From NCBI GenBank assembly GCA_051251535.1, contig JBPOEV010000001.1:332698-364697 (forward strand): a stretch of DNA of 32,000 nucleotides. The letters are read 5' to 3'. Positions 8,956 through 18,171 of this stretch are shown here, piece after piece. A program made the translations under genes and the position numbers. How positions within the stretch are numbered: position 1 is the first letter of the stretch; every line of letters begins with the position of its first letter. The stretch comes from Alphaproteobacteria bacterium (GTDB taxonomy: Bacteria; Pseudomonadota; Alphaproteobacteria; Rhizobiales; GCA-2746425). A model generated the notes under the pieces. The model did not search any database, was not told the DNA's origin, and was given only the letters and a program-made list of their open reading frames with translations.

Positions 8956-9725
8956 CTCTCAAACGACTGAGACTGCGCCAACTCGCAACGGCGCTGCTTC
9001 TGACGGCCCCGCTTGCAGCAACCCCCATTTTGGCACCTCCGGCGCAAGCCTTCGGTTTTGGACGGATCGTCTATGATCCCACCAACTATGCGCAGAACGT
9101 CCTGCAGGCCGCCCGCGCCCTTGAACAGATCAACAACCAGATCACGTCGCTGCAAAATCAGGCGCAGATGCTGATCAATCAGGGACGCAATCTCACAAGC
9201 TTGCCCTACTCATCGCTGCAACAATTGCAGCAATCTGTGCAGCGTACCCAGCAGCTTTTGGGTGAAGCCCAGCGGATCGCCTTCGATGTCCAGCAAATCG
9301 ATCAGGCCTTCGAGACCACCTATGGCGCAGCGTCCATGACGGCGTCCGATCAGGCGCTGATCAACGGTGCCAAGGACCGCTGGCAGACAACCGTCGCAGG
9401 TTTGCAGGATGCCATGCGCGTGCAGGCCGGTGTTGTTGGCAATATCGACAACAACCGGGCGCAAATGTCGGCGCTGGTCGGTGCGAGCCAATCCGCCACC
9501 GGCGCGCTGCAAGCCACCCAGGCGGGCAATCAACTCCTCGCGCTGCAAGCACAGCAGATATCCGATCTCACCGCCGTCATCGCAGCACAAGGGCGCGCCC
9601 AGAACCTTGAAGCCGCCCAGCGAGCCGCCGCGCAGGAACAGGCACGCGAACAGCGCCGCCGTTTCCTCGCACCCGGCACCGGTTATCAGCCGGGCAATGC
9701 AGAGATGTTCCCAAGCGGTGACTGA
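8952..9725 (+). CDS. trbJ: P-type conjugative transfer protein TrbJ (VirB5-like)
   Basis: 257 aa with a signal peptide (LLLTAPLAATPILAPPAQA). It is a Q-rich coiled-coil protein containing IVYDPTNYAQNVLQAARALEQINNQI. An ATGA overlap joins it to trbE. Confidence 0.85.
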   Translation: MTLKRLRLRQLATALLLTAPLAATPILAPPAQAFGFGRIVYDPTNYAQNVLQAARALEQINNQITSLQNQAQMLINQGRNLTSLPYSSLQQLQQSVQRTQQLLGEAQRIAFDVQQIDQAFETTYGAASMTASDQALINGAKDRWQTTVAGLQDAMRVQAGVVGNIDNNRAQMSALVGASQSATGALQATQAGNQLLALQAQQISDLTAVIAAQGRAQNLEAAQRAAAQEQAREQRRRFLAPGTGYQPGNAEMFPSGD

Positions 9726-9727
9726 CG

Positions 9728-9997
9728 ATGAAACGGACGATCCTCATACGGTTTGGTGTCGGCACTTTCGTGTTGTTCTTGATCCTCGCGGCGTTGCTGG
9801 AGATCAGCCGGGACGATGAGATCGGGATCAGACCGATGCCCATGACAGCGAAGAGCACTGACCCGCTCAGCGACGAACTGCGCCGCTGCCAGACGCTTGG
9901 CGATGCCGCGCTTGCGGACCCGTCCTGCCTTCATCTCTGGGCCGAGAGTCGGCGCGACTTCCTGAGATCGGACCCATCATCCGAGGAGGACGAGTAG
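9728..9997 (+). CDS. trbK: Small membrane protein in the trbK position (TrbK-alt-like putative entry-exclusion protein)
   Basis: 89 aa with one N-terminal TM helix and two Cys (RRCQTLGDAALADPSCLHLW). It sits between trbJ and trbL, where TrbK/TrbK-alt is found. The family assignment is from memory. Confidence 0.5.
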   Translation: MKRTILIRFGVGTFVLFLILAALLEISRDDEIGIRPMPMTAKSTDPLSDELRRCQTLGDAALADPSCLHLWAESRRDFLRSDPSSEEDE

Positions 9998-10001
9998 GAT
10001 C

Positions 10002-11318
10002 ATGGGCGGCACCGGTGTTATTGATCGTTTCCTGGAGGTCTTCACCCGCTACATCGACAGTGGGTTTGGCCTGCTGGGCGGCGAGGTTGCGTTTCTCGCG
10101 ACAACGCTGATCGTCATCGACGTAACACTGGCGGCGCTATTCTGGGCCTGGGGCGCGGACGATGACATTCTCGCGCGCCTCGTCAAGAAGACGCTCTTCA
10201 TCGGCATCTTCGCCTATATCATCTCCAACTGGAACGCGCTGGCCCGCATTGTCTTCGAAAGCTTTGCCGGTCTTGGCCTGCAGGCGACCGGCACTGGCTT
10301 CACGACGGCCGATCTGCTGCGCCCGGGCCGTGTCGCACAGGTCGGGCTCGATGCCGGGCGGCCAATCTTGGACTCCATCTCCGATCTGATGGGTTATGTC
10401 AGCTTTTTTGAGAACTTCATTCAGATTATGGTCCTGATGTTCGCATGGGCGATGGTGCTGCTCGCCTTCTTCATTCTCGCCATCCAGCTGTTCATCACCC
10501 TGATTGAGTTCAAGCTGACCACGCTCGCGGGTTTCATCCTCATCCCCTTTGCCCTGTTTGGAAAGACGGCTTTTCTCGCCGAACGCGTGCTCGGCAATGT
10601 CGTCTCTTCCGGCGTCAAAATCCTGGTGCTCGCGGTCATCATCGGCATCGGCTCGACCTTGTTTTCCGAATTCACCGCAGGCTTTGGCGGCGAGCAGCCC
10701 AATATCGAGGAAGCCATGGCCATCGTATTGGCAGCGCTCTCCCTGCTCGGGCTCGGCATCTTTGGTCCCGGTATCGCCAACGGATTGATCTCCGGCGGTC
10801 CACAACTGGGTGCTGGTGCTGCTGTTGGCACCGGGCTCGCGGCCGCCGGCGTGACCGCCGCCGGTGTAGCCGGAACGGGAATGGCGGGCGCGGCGGCAGC
10901 CCGTGGCGTCGTCGCTGGCGCGCGCGGTGGTGCGGCCATGACGGGTGGAGGCGCCGCCGCCTATAGTCTCGGCTCTGCCGGAAAGAGCGGCGCTGCGGCT
11001 GTTGCCGGAGGCATGGGCGGTGTCGCCAAGGCGGGTGCCGGTGTTGCGGCCAGTCCCCTCAAAAAGGCAGCGGGTGCTCTGCGCGACAGTGCACGCGGTG
11101 GTGCTCGCTCCGCAATTGCGGCGACCGGCGGTACTTTTTCGGGCGGATCCGGTGATGCGAGCGCAACAAGCCCGTCATCCAGCCAGCCCGCCTGGGCAAC
11201 CCGCATGAAACGGTCCCAATCTCTCCATCACGGTGCAACTGCCGCCGCCCATGCGGTCCGTTCAGGCGACAGCCATGGCGGCGGAGCCTCCATCAATCTT
11301 TCGCAAAGGGACAGCTGA
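10002..11318 (+). CDS. trbL: Conjugal transfer protein TrbL (VirB6 family) with a Gly/Ala-rich C-terminal tail
   Basis: 438 aa with a polytopic membrane core (residues ~20-265), then about 170 residues of G/A/S-rich low complexity. It has the expected operon position. Confidence 0.88.
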   Translation: MGGTGVIDRFLEVFTRYIDSGFGLLGGEVAFLATTLIVIDVTLAALFWAWGADDDILARLVKKTLFIGIFAYIISNWNALARIVFESFAGLGLQATGTGFTTADLLRPGRVAQVGLDAGRPILDSISDLMGYVSFFENFIQIMVLMFAWAMVLLAFFILAIQLFITLIEFKLTTLAGFILIPFALFGKTAFLAERVLGNVVSSGVKILVLAVIIGIGSTLFSEFTAGFGGEQPNIEEAMAIVLAALSLLGLGIFGPGIANGLISGGPQLGAGAAVGTGLAAAGVTAAGVAGTGMAGAAAARGVVAGARGGAAMTGGGAAAYSLGSAGKSGAAAVAGGMGGVAKAGAGVAASPLKKAAGALRDSARGGARSAIAATGGTFSGGSGDASATSPSSSQPAWATRMKRSQSLHHGATAAAHAVRSGDSHGGGASINLSQRDS

Positions 11319-12001
11319 TGTTCAAACGACCCTCCCTCCATTATGGCAAGACGCCCGCACCCGCAACACCGTATCAGAAGGCCGCGCAGGTCTGGGATGA
11401 CCGCATCGGTTCGGCCCGCGTGCAGGCTAAGAACTGGCGCTTGATGGCCTTTGGGTCGCTACTGCTCTCGGCCGGACTGGCCGGGGGGCTCGTCTGGCAG
11501 TCGGCGCGTGGCACGATTGTGCCCTGGGTTGTGGAGGTTGATGCGTTGGGCGAGGCGCAGACCGTTGCGCCTGCGACGGTGGATTACCAACCGGCCGATC
11601 CACAAATCGCCTTCCATCTGGCGCGTTTCATTGAGAACGTCCGCGCGATCGCTGCCGATCCGATCATCGTACGGCAGAACTGGCTGCGCGCTTATGACTT
11701 CACCACCGACCGCGGTGCCATGGCGCTTAATGACCATGCCCGCACCGATGATCCGTTTGCCAAGGTCGGCGAAATGCAGATCTCGGTTGATGTGTCGAGC
11801 GTGATCCGGGCGTCTCCCGACAGCTTCCGGATCGCCTGGACCGAGCGACGTTATCAGGACGGCAGTCTCGCTGGCACCGAACGCTGGACCGCCATCCTGA
11901 CCATCACGGTGCAACCGCCGCGCAGCACCGACCGGCTCCGCAAGAACCCGCTCGGCATCTATGTGCATGCCATCAACTGGTCTCGGGAGATGCAGCAATG
12001 A
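11318..12001 (+). CDS. trbF: Conjugal transfer protein TrbF (VirB8-like)
   Basis: 227 aa with one TM helix (WRLMAFGSLLLSAGLAGGLVW) followed by a periplasmic domain. Its start overlaps the trbL stop. Confidence 0.85.
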   Translation: MFKRPSLHYGKTPAPATPYQKAAQVWDDRIGSARVQAKNWRLMAFGSLLLSAGLAGGLVWQSARGTIVPWVVEVDALGEAQTVAPATVDYQPADPQIAFHLARFIENVRAIAADPIIVRQNWLRAYDFTTDRGAMALNDHARTDDPFAKVGEMQISVDVSSVIRASPDSFRIAWTERRYQDGSLAGTERWTAILTITVQPPRSTDRLRKNPLGIYVHAINWSREMQQ

Positions 12002-12948
12002 GACAATCATATCCCACTGCCTCCCTCGCCCTGGCCGCTGCGCTTGTGCTTTCTGGTTGTGCCACCTACACCCCGCCGGACATCGCCTATGACGCTGACG
12101 TGCCGTCGCTTCCACCGCCGCCACCGCCGGTCGTAGAAGAAGCCGCCAGACCGGTGCATACACCGCCTGCCTGGACACCCTCGCGCGGTGGCAGCGCCGA
12201 TGCACGTACACCGGAGACCCGTGTCGGCAACGCCAATGCCGCCGCCCGCGTCGAGCCGCGCCGCGAGGGCTATTACAACGCAATCCAGGTCTTCCCGTTC
12301 AGCCAAGGCGCACTTTATCAGGTCTATGCTGCACCAGGACAGATCACCAACATCGCGCTGGAACCCGGTGAACAGCTTACAGGTGCCGGACCAATCGCTG
12401 CTGGCGATACCGCCCGGTGGATCATCGGCGACACGGAAAGTGGCAGCGGGCGCACAGCCCGCATCCACATCCTCGTCAAACCGACCCGGTCCGACATCGC
12501 AACCAACCTCGTCATCAATACAGACCGGCGCACCTATCTTCTGGAACTTCGCGCAAGAGAAGACGCATACATGCCATCAATCGCCTGGTCCTATCCGACG
12601 GTCGGCACTCGGACGCAGACACCAACTGTAGCTGAGCCTAGCATTCCACCTTCCTCCCAGCGGCACTACCGCTACGGCCTGCAAGGGGACAGGCCGCCCT
12701 GGCGGCCCCAGACCGTGTTTGACGATGGTCGGCGCGTCTATGTCGTCTTTCCACGCGGCATTGTGCAGGGCGAGATGCCGCCGCTGTTCGTCATCGGCCC
12801 TGATGGCGAGGCGCAGATCGTCAACACCCGCGTTCATCGCAACATTCTCATCGTCGATCGCCTGTTCGCGGCTGCAGAACTGCGCCTCGGCGGCGAGAAC
12901 CAGCAAATGGTCCGGATCGTGCGAACCGATGGAAGGCAAAGACAATGA
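11998..12948 (+). CDS. trbG: P-type conjugative transfer protein TrbG (VirB9 family), lipoprotein
   Basis: 316 aa with lipobox LVLSGC and a Pro-rich linker. It contains the VirB9-type segment FPFSQGALYQVYAAPGQITNIALEPGE...ARWIIGDT. An ATGA overlap joins it to trbF. Confidence 0.88.
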   Translation: MRQSYPTASLALAAALVLSGCATYTPPDIAYDADVPSLPPPPPPVVEEAARPVHTPPAWTPSRGGSADARTPETRVGNANAAARVEPRREGYYNAIQVFPFSQGALYQVYAAPGQITNIALEPGEQLTGAGPIAAGDTARWIIGDTESGSGRTARIHILVKPTRSDIATNLVINTDRRTYLLELRAREDAYMPSIAWSYPTVGTRTQTPTVAEPSIPPSSQRHYRYGLQGDRPPWRPQTVFDDGRRVYVVFPRGIVQGEMPPLFVIGPDGEAQIVNTRVHRNILIVDRLFAAAELRLGGENQQMVRIVRTDGRQRQ

Positions 12949-14135
12949 GTGAGACACCGACAAACACCGACCTTGATCCTCGGCAGGCCGAACGAACGGA
13001 GGTTAAGGAGGCATTTAGACTGCGCGCTGACCCGCCTCGCGTTGTGCGCCTGTCCCGCAAGGTGCTTGCGGGCCTCGCCATCACCGCCTGCATCGGTATC
13101 GGCGGCGCATTGATCTTCTCATTGCAGGGCCGCGACGCGGGAGAAGGTACCAACGAGCTCTACACCACGGAAAACCGCCCCACCGCAGATGAGTTGCGCC
13201 GACTGCCGTCGGACTATAGCGGCATCCCGCAGCTTGGACCGGCGCTGCCCGGCGATCTCGGTCGCCCGATCAGACGCGCGCAGGAGGAAGGCCGCCCCAT
13301 ACCGGCGCAGCCAATGCCCGGCCCTGATCCTGAAGAACAAAGGCGCCTGGCCGAACAGGAAGCGGCGCGGACCAGCGCATTGTTCTTCACCGCCCAAGGG
13401 GCGACAGCACAGTCAGGTGTGGGAATGCAGCCGACCCAGCCTCTTGCCAGCTTCCAGGCACCACAGATCGGTGACACCAGCGCGCCAACCGCGCAGGATA
13501 GACAGCTTGGCTTTCTCAATGCCCCGGTGGATCGTCGCACAGTGTCGCCAGATCGCGTAACGTCGGTAGCATCACCCTATGTTCTTCAGGCAGGTGCCGT
13601 CATTCCGGCGGCGCTCGTCACCGGCATTCGCTCCGATCTACCGGGTCAGATCGTCGCCCAGGTCATCCAGAACGTCTATGACAGCCCGTCGGGCCGCTAT
13701 CTGCTCGTGCCTCAAGGCACACGCCTGATCGGTGAATATGATAATGGTGTCGGTTTCGGCCAGCGCAGGGTCCTGCTCGTCTGGAATCGCCTCATTTTGC
13801 CAAGCGGCAACTCGATTGTGCTCGAACGGCAACCGGGAGCGGACGGCGCAGGCTTTGCTGGATTGGAGGACGGCGTCGACCATCATTGGTGGGACATCGC
13901 GAAAGCAGCCGGGCTGTCGACACTGCTCAACATCGGAGCCGAGCTCGGTAGAGATGAGAGCAATGAGATCGCGGCAGCCATTCGCGACGGCGCTCAGGAT
14001 ACAGTCGGCGACGCAGGCGAAGAGATCGTCCGCCGCCAGGTGGGCCGGGCACCGACCCTAACCATCCGCCCGGGCTTCCCCGTGCGCGTGATTGTCACCC
14101 GCGACCTCATCCTGGAACCGCAAAGGGAACAATGA
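12945..14135 (+). CDS. trbI: Conjugal transfer protein TrbI (VirB10 family)
   Basis: 396 aa with an N-terminal TM helix and a Pro-rich region. The C-terminal VirB10 barrel segment reads LQAGAVIPAALVTGIRSDLPGQIVAQV...GFGQRRVLLVWNRLILPSGNSIVL. Confidence 0.9.
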   Translation: MSETPTNTDLDPRQAERTEVKEAFRLRADPPRVVRLSRKVLAGLAITACIGIGGALIFSLQGRDAGEGTNELYTTENRPTADELRRLPSDYSGIPQLGPALPGDLGRPIRRAQEEGRPIPAQPMPGPDPEEQRRLAEQEAARTSALFFTAQGATAQSGVGMQPTQPLASFQAPQIGDTSAPTAQDRQLGFLNAPVDRRTVSPDRVTSVASPYVLQAGAVIPAALVTGIRSDLPGQIVAQVIQNVYDSPSGRYLLVPQGTRLIGEYDNGVGFGQRRVLLVWNRLILPSGNSIVLERQPGADGAGFAGLEDGVDHHWWDIAKAAGLSTLLNIGAELGRDESNEIAAAIRDGAQDTVGDAGEEIVRRQVGRAPTLTIRPGFPVRVIVTRDLILEPQREQ

Positions 14136-14389
14136 TGACCAAGCTGAAACTCGGAGCCCTCGTCGATGATAAACCGGTCAAGGTGACAGTGGAACTGACA
14201 GCGGCCGTGCATCGCGATCTCTCACTTTATGCTGAGGTCCTTGGCCATGAGACCGGACAACCAATCAAGGATCCAGTCAAATTGATCGTGCCGATGATCG
14301 CGCGGTTCATGGCGACCGATCGGGGTTTTGCGAAGGCGCGGAGGAACAAGACCGGGAACTCTTCTGTAACTGTTAAGCGTCAGACTTAA
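14132..14389 (+). CDS. DUF2274-like small protein commonly found downstream of trbI
   Basis: 85 aa joined to trbI by an ATGA overlap. The sequence MTKLKLGALVDDKPVKVTVELTAAVHRDL matches my recollection of DUF2274 proteins at the end of Trb operons in ICEs. Confidence 0.6.
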   Translation: MMTKLKLGALVDDKPVKVTVELTAAVHRDLSLYAEVLGHETGQPIKDPVKLIVPMIARFMATDRGFAKARRNKTGNSSVTVKRQT

Positions 14390-15305
14390 TCCTGGCATCC
14401 TTGCCATGCGTCTTCGCGCCGCTTTTGCTGGCCATCGATCGGGCAAGGCTGAGCAAACGGCGAAGTGCGGGATTATCGTTTATTGGCGACCAAATTGCGC
14501 AGAAGGGAAGTTCCTCACCCGCCAGTAAGCGATACACCGTCCCAGGAAATGTCATCCCTGTAGTTGCTTCGCTGGTAAGCGTCAGGCCCTTACCAAAAGA
14601 GACGAGTTGCATTAAATTGTCGCGCCCTACCGCGCAATGTTCAATGCTCGGATGATGCCCCAGCTGCGCGAGATGCTTGACGAGATAGTCGTGAATTTCG
14701 GGTCCTGGATCCGAATTGCTCACAATAAAATGCCGATTGCGCAAATCATTCCAAACCAGTTCGCACTTGTCGGCCAGCACATCCGTATTTGGGAGAACAA
14801 CGAAGACCCGCTCTGTCCAAAGGTGCTGACCCTCGCACCCCGTTGGAGTGGTCGCCCCAGTTAGAAATGCGATGTCCATTTTGTAACGACGGATAGCGGA
14901 GAGATGGTCGCTTGGCGCGCCCTCAATAAAGTCGAGGCGAACGTCGGAATGTCTACGCTCATAGTCGCGCAGTAAATCTGAAATGAAACCAGACGACAGC
15001 GACGAAAAAATCCCAACACGGACGAGACCGGCGCTTCCGGACCCGCAGGCATCTGCCAACCTGGCGGCATACCCTATCTGGCCCATTGCCGGTCGCGCGT
15101 GCTTTATAAAGTTCTGCCCCGCATAGGTCAGTTCCACACCTCCGGAATGCCGGTTAAACAGCGATGCGCCAAGCTCGTCTTCCAAGTCACGAATTCGCCG
15201 ACTGATGGCGGACTGATGAACGCCGATCACATTCGCGGCGCGTCGAAAGCTGTGATGCTCGGCGGCGGCGATAACGTATCGAAGATGCTTCAGTTCAACT
15301 GCCAT
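14373..15305 (-). CDS. LysR family transcriptional regulator
   Basis: I chose the start at MAVELKHLRYVIAAAEHHSFRRAANVIGVHQSAISRRIRDLEDELG (LysR HTH), giving 310 aa. The track ORF extends 33 codons further upstream without support. The 3' end overlaps the DUF2274 gene convergently by 17 nt. Confidence 0.85.
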   Translation of the reverse strand: MAVELKHLRYVIAAAEHHSFRRAANVIGVHQSAISRRIRDLEDELGASLFNRHSGGVELTYAGQNFIKHARPAMGQIGYAARLADACGSGSAGLVRVGIFSSLSSGFISDLLRDYERRHSDVRLDFIEGAPSDHLSAIRRYKMDIAFLTGATTPTGCEGQHLWTERVFVVLPNTDVLADKCELVWNDLRNRHFIVSNSDPGPEIHDYLVKHLAQLGHHPSIEHCAVGRDNLMQLVSFGKGLTLTSEATTGMTFPGTVYRLLAGEELPFCAIWSPINDNPALRRLLSLARSMASKSGAKTHGKDARIKSDA

Positions 15306-15420
15306 CCTTCTTTTCCATTCAACGCGCGCCATCGCGAGGACAGCGCGGATTTTTTCGTTATTTAATGTGATGTGCCAGCGCATTTCTGGCACTGAACGAT
15401 CCATTGACTGTTTTCCGCAG

Positions 15421-16329
15421 TCAAACAGCAGGAGACAGCAAATCCTCCAGACCGATCCGCCGGAACATTTCCGTCCGGACCCGATCGGCTACACCGCTGA
15501 CAACTTCCGACCCATCGTGTGAGGGATCAACATGAACCCTGAACGGTCGTTTTCCCAATGGCGCATTCACAATGCCGACGATACCCAGCGCCACAGCCGA
15601 AGGGTCTGCGTCATCAGGCTCAAGAGACCGAAGCCCGTCGAGCGCTTTTGAGGGTACGTCAGCATAGGTGCCCGTTAGATAAGCGTCGGATACTGTTTGG
15701 TCATCTGGTGCCCCAGCGTTTGCGAAGTGATTGGTACCAGCTGTGAATGCGCCCGGCACCATGATCGAGGTTTCGATCCCCCAGCGGGCCAACTCGGAGG
15801 CGTAGGAAACAGCGAGCGAATCCATACCCGCCTTGGCGGCGAAGTAGGGCGACAGGAACGGCGGCGTACCGCCTCGGACGCTTGATGACGACACCCAGAC
15901 AACAAGCCCGCGTCTCTGTGCGCGCATCCTCGGCAATGCTGAACGCATCACGCGCTGCGTCGACAGCACGTTGATGTCATAGAGCTGCGCCATCTGTTCA
16001 GGCGTGAACGCCTCCGCCGGGCCGAATGACATGTGGCCCGCATTGTGGACTATCACGTCAAGACGGCCGGCCTCATCATAGATTTGGTCAATCCCGGCAG
16101 CAACGGACGCGTCGTCCACCACATCGATCTCGACCACGCGCAGATCGATGTCGTTCTTGCTGGCGTAGTCTTTTGCGGCACTGGCCTTATCTGCGTTGTG
16201 ATCGCTGATGCCGCGCATGGACGCGTAGACAGTGTGCCCGGCATCGGCCAGGGCGTAGGCGGTCATCTCGCCAAAGCCGCTTGATGCACCGGTGACGACG
16301 ATAATCTGTTTTTCTGATCCCTTTGTCAT
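15421..16329 (-). CDS. SDR family oxidoreductase (classical short-chain dehydrogenase)
   Basis: The start at MTKGSEKQIIVVTGASSGFG has a GGAG-type ribosome-binding site upstream. It has the TGxxxGxG, HNAG and YFAAK (YxxxK) motifs and is 302 aa. Confidence 0.85.
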   Translation of the reverse strand: MTKGSEKQIIVVTGASSGFGEMTAYALADAGHTVYASMRGISDHNADKASAAKDYASKNDIDLRVVEIDVVDDASVAAGIDQIYDEAGRLDVIVHNAGHMSFGPAEAFTPEQMAQLYDINVLSTQRVMRSALPRMRAQRRGLVVWVSSSSVRGGTPPFLSPYFAAKAGMDSLAVSYASELARWGIETSIMVPGAFTAGTNHFANAGAPDDQTVSDAYLTGTYADVPSKALDGLRSLEPDDADPSAVALGIVGIVNAPLGKRPFRVHVDPSHDGSEVVSGVADRVRTEMFRRIGLEDLLSPAV

Positions 16330-16367
16330 TTGATTACTCCTTTGTTTCGAATGGAGGGTTAGCCCGT

Positions 16368-17108
16368 TCAGACCAACCCGCCGTTTGCACGCAATGTCTG
16401 TCCGTTGACCCAAGCGCAGTCAGGTCCGGCCAAAAGCGCCACGACATTGGCGATGTCTCGCGGTTCCCCGAGTCGTTCGAGCGGCACCATTTTGGCAAAA
16501 CGCTCGATCAGCTCCGGCGACTTGCCGTCTAGGAATAGATCGGTCGCGGTCGGCCCAGGTGCCACGGCATTGACAGTGATGTTGCGACCACGCAGCTCTT
16601 TGGAGAGGATCGCCGTCAGCGTCTCGATGGCTGCTTTGGTTGCCGTGTAGACGCCGTAGGTCTCCAGCTTGGTGCCGACGACACTGGTGGAGAAATTGAT
16701 GATAGTCCCGCCGCTTTGCAGTCTATTTGCCGCCTCGCGCAGTGTGTTGAATGTGCCTTTGAGGTTGACCGCGATATGCGCGTCAAACAGGGCGTCGTCA
16801 CTATCGGCAATCTTCGCCAATTTCATGATGCCCGCGTTGTTCACGAGCATATCAACACCTCCGAAGGCGGTCTCAGCTGCATCGAACATCCGTCGCACAG
16901 CCTCAGCATCGGATACGTCTGCTTTGGCGGTAATGGCCTTGCCACCTGCGGCCTCGATCTTGTCGACGACGGCCGTCGCCGCTTTTTCGCTGCCAGCGTA
17001 GTTCACAATGACATTGAGGCCATCGGATGCCAAACGTTCGGCAACGGCCGCACCAATTCCGCGTGAAGCGCCGGTGACAATTGCAGTTCTAGATTTTGTA
17101 TCGGTCAT
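16368..17108 (-). CDS. SDR family oxidoreductase, FabG-like 3-oxoacyl reductase type
   Basis: 246 aa with motifs TGASRGIGAAVA, NNAG and YTATK. It lies upstream of the second SDR on the same strand, so the two probably form an operon. Confidence 0.88.
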   Translation of the reverse strand: MTDTKSRTAIVTGASRGIGAAVAERLASDGLNVIVNYAGSEKAATAVVDKIEAAGGKAITAKADVSDAEAVRRMFDAAETAFGGVDMLVNNAGIMKLAKIADSDDALFDAHIAVNLKGTFNTLREAANRLQSGGTIINFSTSVVGTKLETYGVYTATKAAIETLTAILSKELRGRNITVNAVAPGPTATDLFLDGKSPELIERFAKMVPLERLGEPRDIANVVALLAGPDCAWVNGQTLRANGGLV

Positions 17109-17231
17109 GATATCTCTTTTCTATTTGTCAGCACCATGCTGGCGATGGCCGAAAGATATGCCGTTGATGGAGCGGGATAATGGAGTATATTTTGACATCG
17201 CTATTCGCCCCACACGAACAATGAGGATGCA

Positions 17232-18128
17232 ATGGACCGGTTTGACGCAATGCAGCTTTTTGTGAGGATCGTCGAACGGCGTAGCTTTACGGCTGCAGCC
17301 CACGATACCGGAACACCGCGATCCACAGTCACAGAAGTGATCCAGCAGATGGAGCAAAGGCTTGGTGTGCAATTGCTCCACCGTACGACGCGTGTCGTGC
17401 GCCCGACCCTGGACGGGCAAGCCTACTATCAGCGATGCCTTTCGATACTTAGCGACGTTGAAGAGGCCGACAGTGCCTTTGTTGGCGCGCCACCGAAAGG
17501 CCACCTGAGGATTGAGGTCCAGGGTACGCTCGCCAGACACTTTCTGATGCCCGGCTTGCCGGATTTCCTAGCCCGATACCCCGAGATTGAGATCTCCATC
17601 AGCGAAAGGGATCGGTGGGTCGATCTGGTAGAGGAAGGTGTCGATTGTGCGTTGCGGTGGGGCAAGCTGCCCGACAGTGATCTAATCGTGCGACCACTGG
17701 GAATGGCAAAACGGATCACCTGTGCTTCACCCGACTATCTGGAGAAGTTTGGCGAACCAACCTTGCTAAGTGATCTGGAGACCCACAAAATGGTTGGTTT
17801 ATGGCGCATGACGACAGGTACGGTCCTTCCGCTCGACTTCGTTGTGAAAGACCAAATCAAGATTTTGAGGCCCCCAACACGAGTTTCGGTCAACGGCCCG
17901 GAGAGTTATCGCTTGTCCACCTTGCTTGGTTTTGGCTTGGCGCAGATGCCGCTTTTTCATATTGACGACGATCTCCGGCTTGGACGTCTCAGTCAGGTTC
18001 TGGCAAAGTATGACGTTCCATCCGTGCCCGTCTCGCTTCTCTATCCGCGAGGCCGTCAGCTTTCAGCTCGCGTGCGCGTGTTTATCGACTGGGCGGTGAG
18101 GTCGTTTCATAATGACCAATTCATGTAA
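17232..18128 (+). CDS. LysR family transcriptional regulator (divergent from the SDR pair)
   Basis: 298 aa with the HTH MDRFDAMQLFVRIVERRSFTAAAHDTGTPRSTVTEVIQQMEQRLGVQLLHRTTR and a typical LysR substrate-binding C-terminal half. Confidence 0.88.
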   Translation: MDRFDAMQLFVRIVERRSFTAAAHDTGTPRSTVTEVIQQMEQRLGVQLLHRTTRVVRPTLDGQAYYQRCLSILSDVEEADSAFVGAPPKGHLRIEVQGTLARHFLMPGLPDFLARYPEIEISISERDRWVDLVEEGVDCALRWGKLPDSDLIVRPLGMAKRITCASPDYLEKFGEPTLLSDLETHKMVGLWRMTTGTVLPLDFVVKDQIKILRPPTRVSVNGPESYRLSTLLGFGLAQMPLFHIDDDLRLGRLSQVLAKYDVPSVPVSLLYPRGRQLSARVRVFIDWAVRSFHNDQFM

Positions 18129-18171
18129 CGCAGCGTTTACGGGCCTATCTATGTCAAACTAAGGGAGAGAT

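Noticed and set aside
15306-15404. Upstream extensions of track ORFs: LysR 15306-15404, SDR 16330-16413, kinase 22886-22978, dctP 23084-23113, NfeD 29506-29610
   Set aside because: Internal starts coincide with family-typical N-termini and ribosome-binding sites. The extensions overlap neighbouring genes or add atypical residues.
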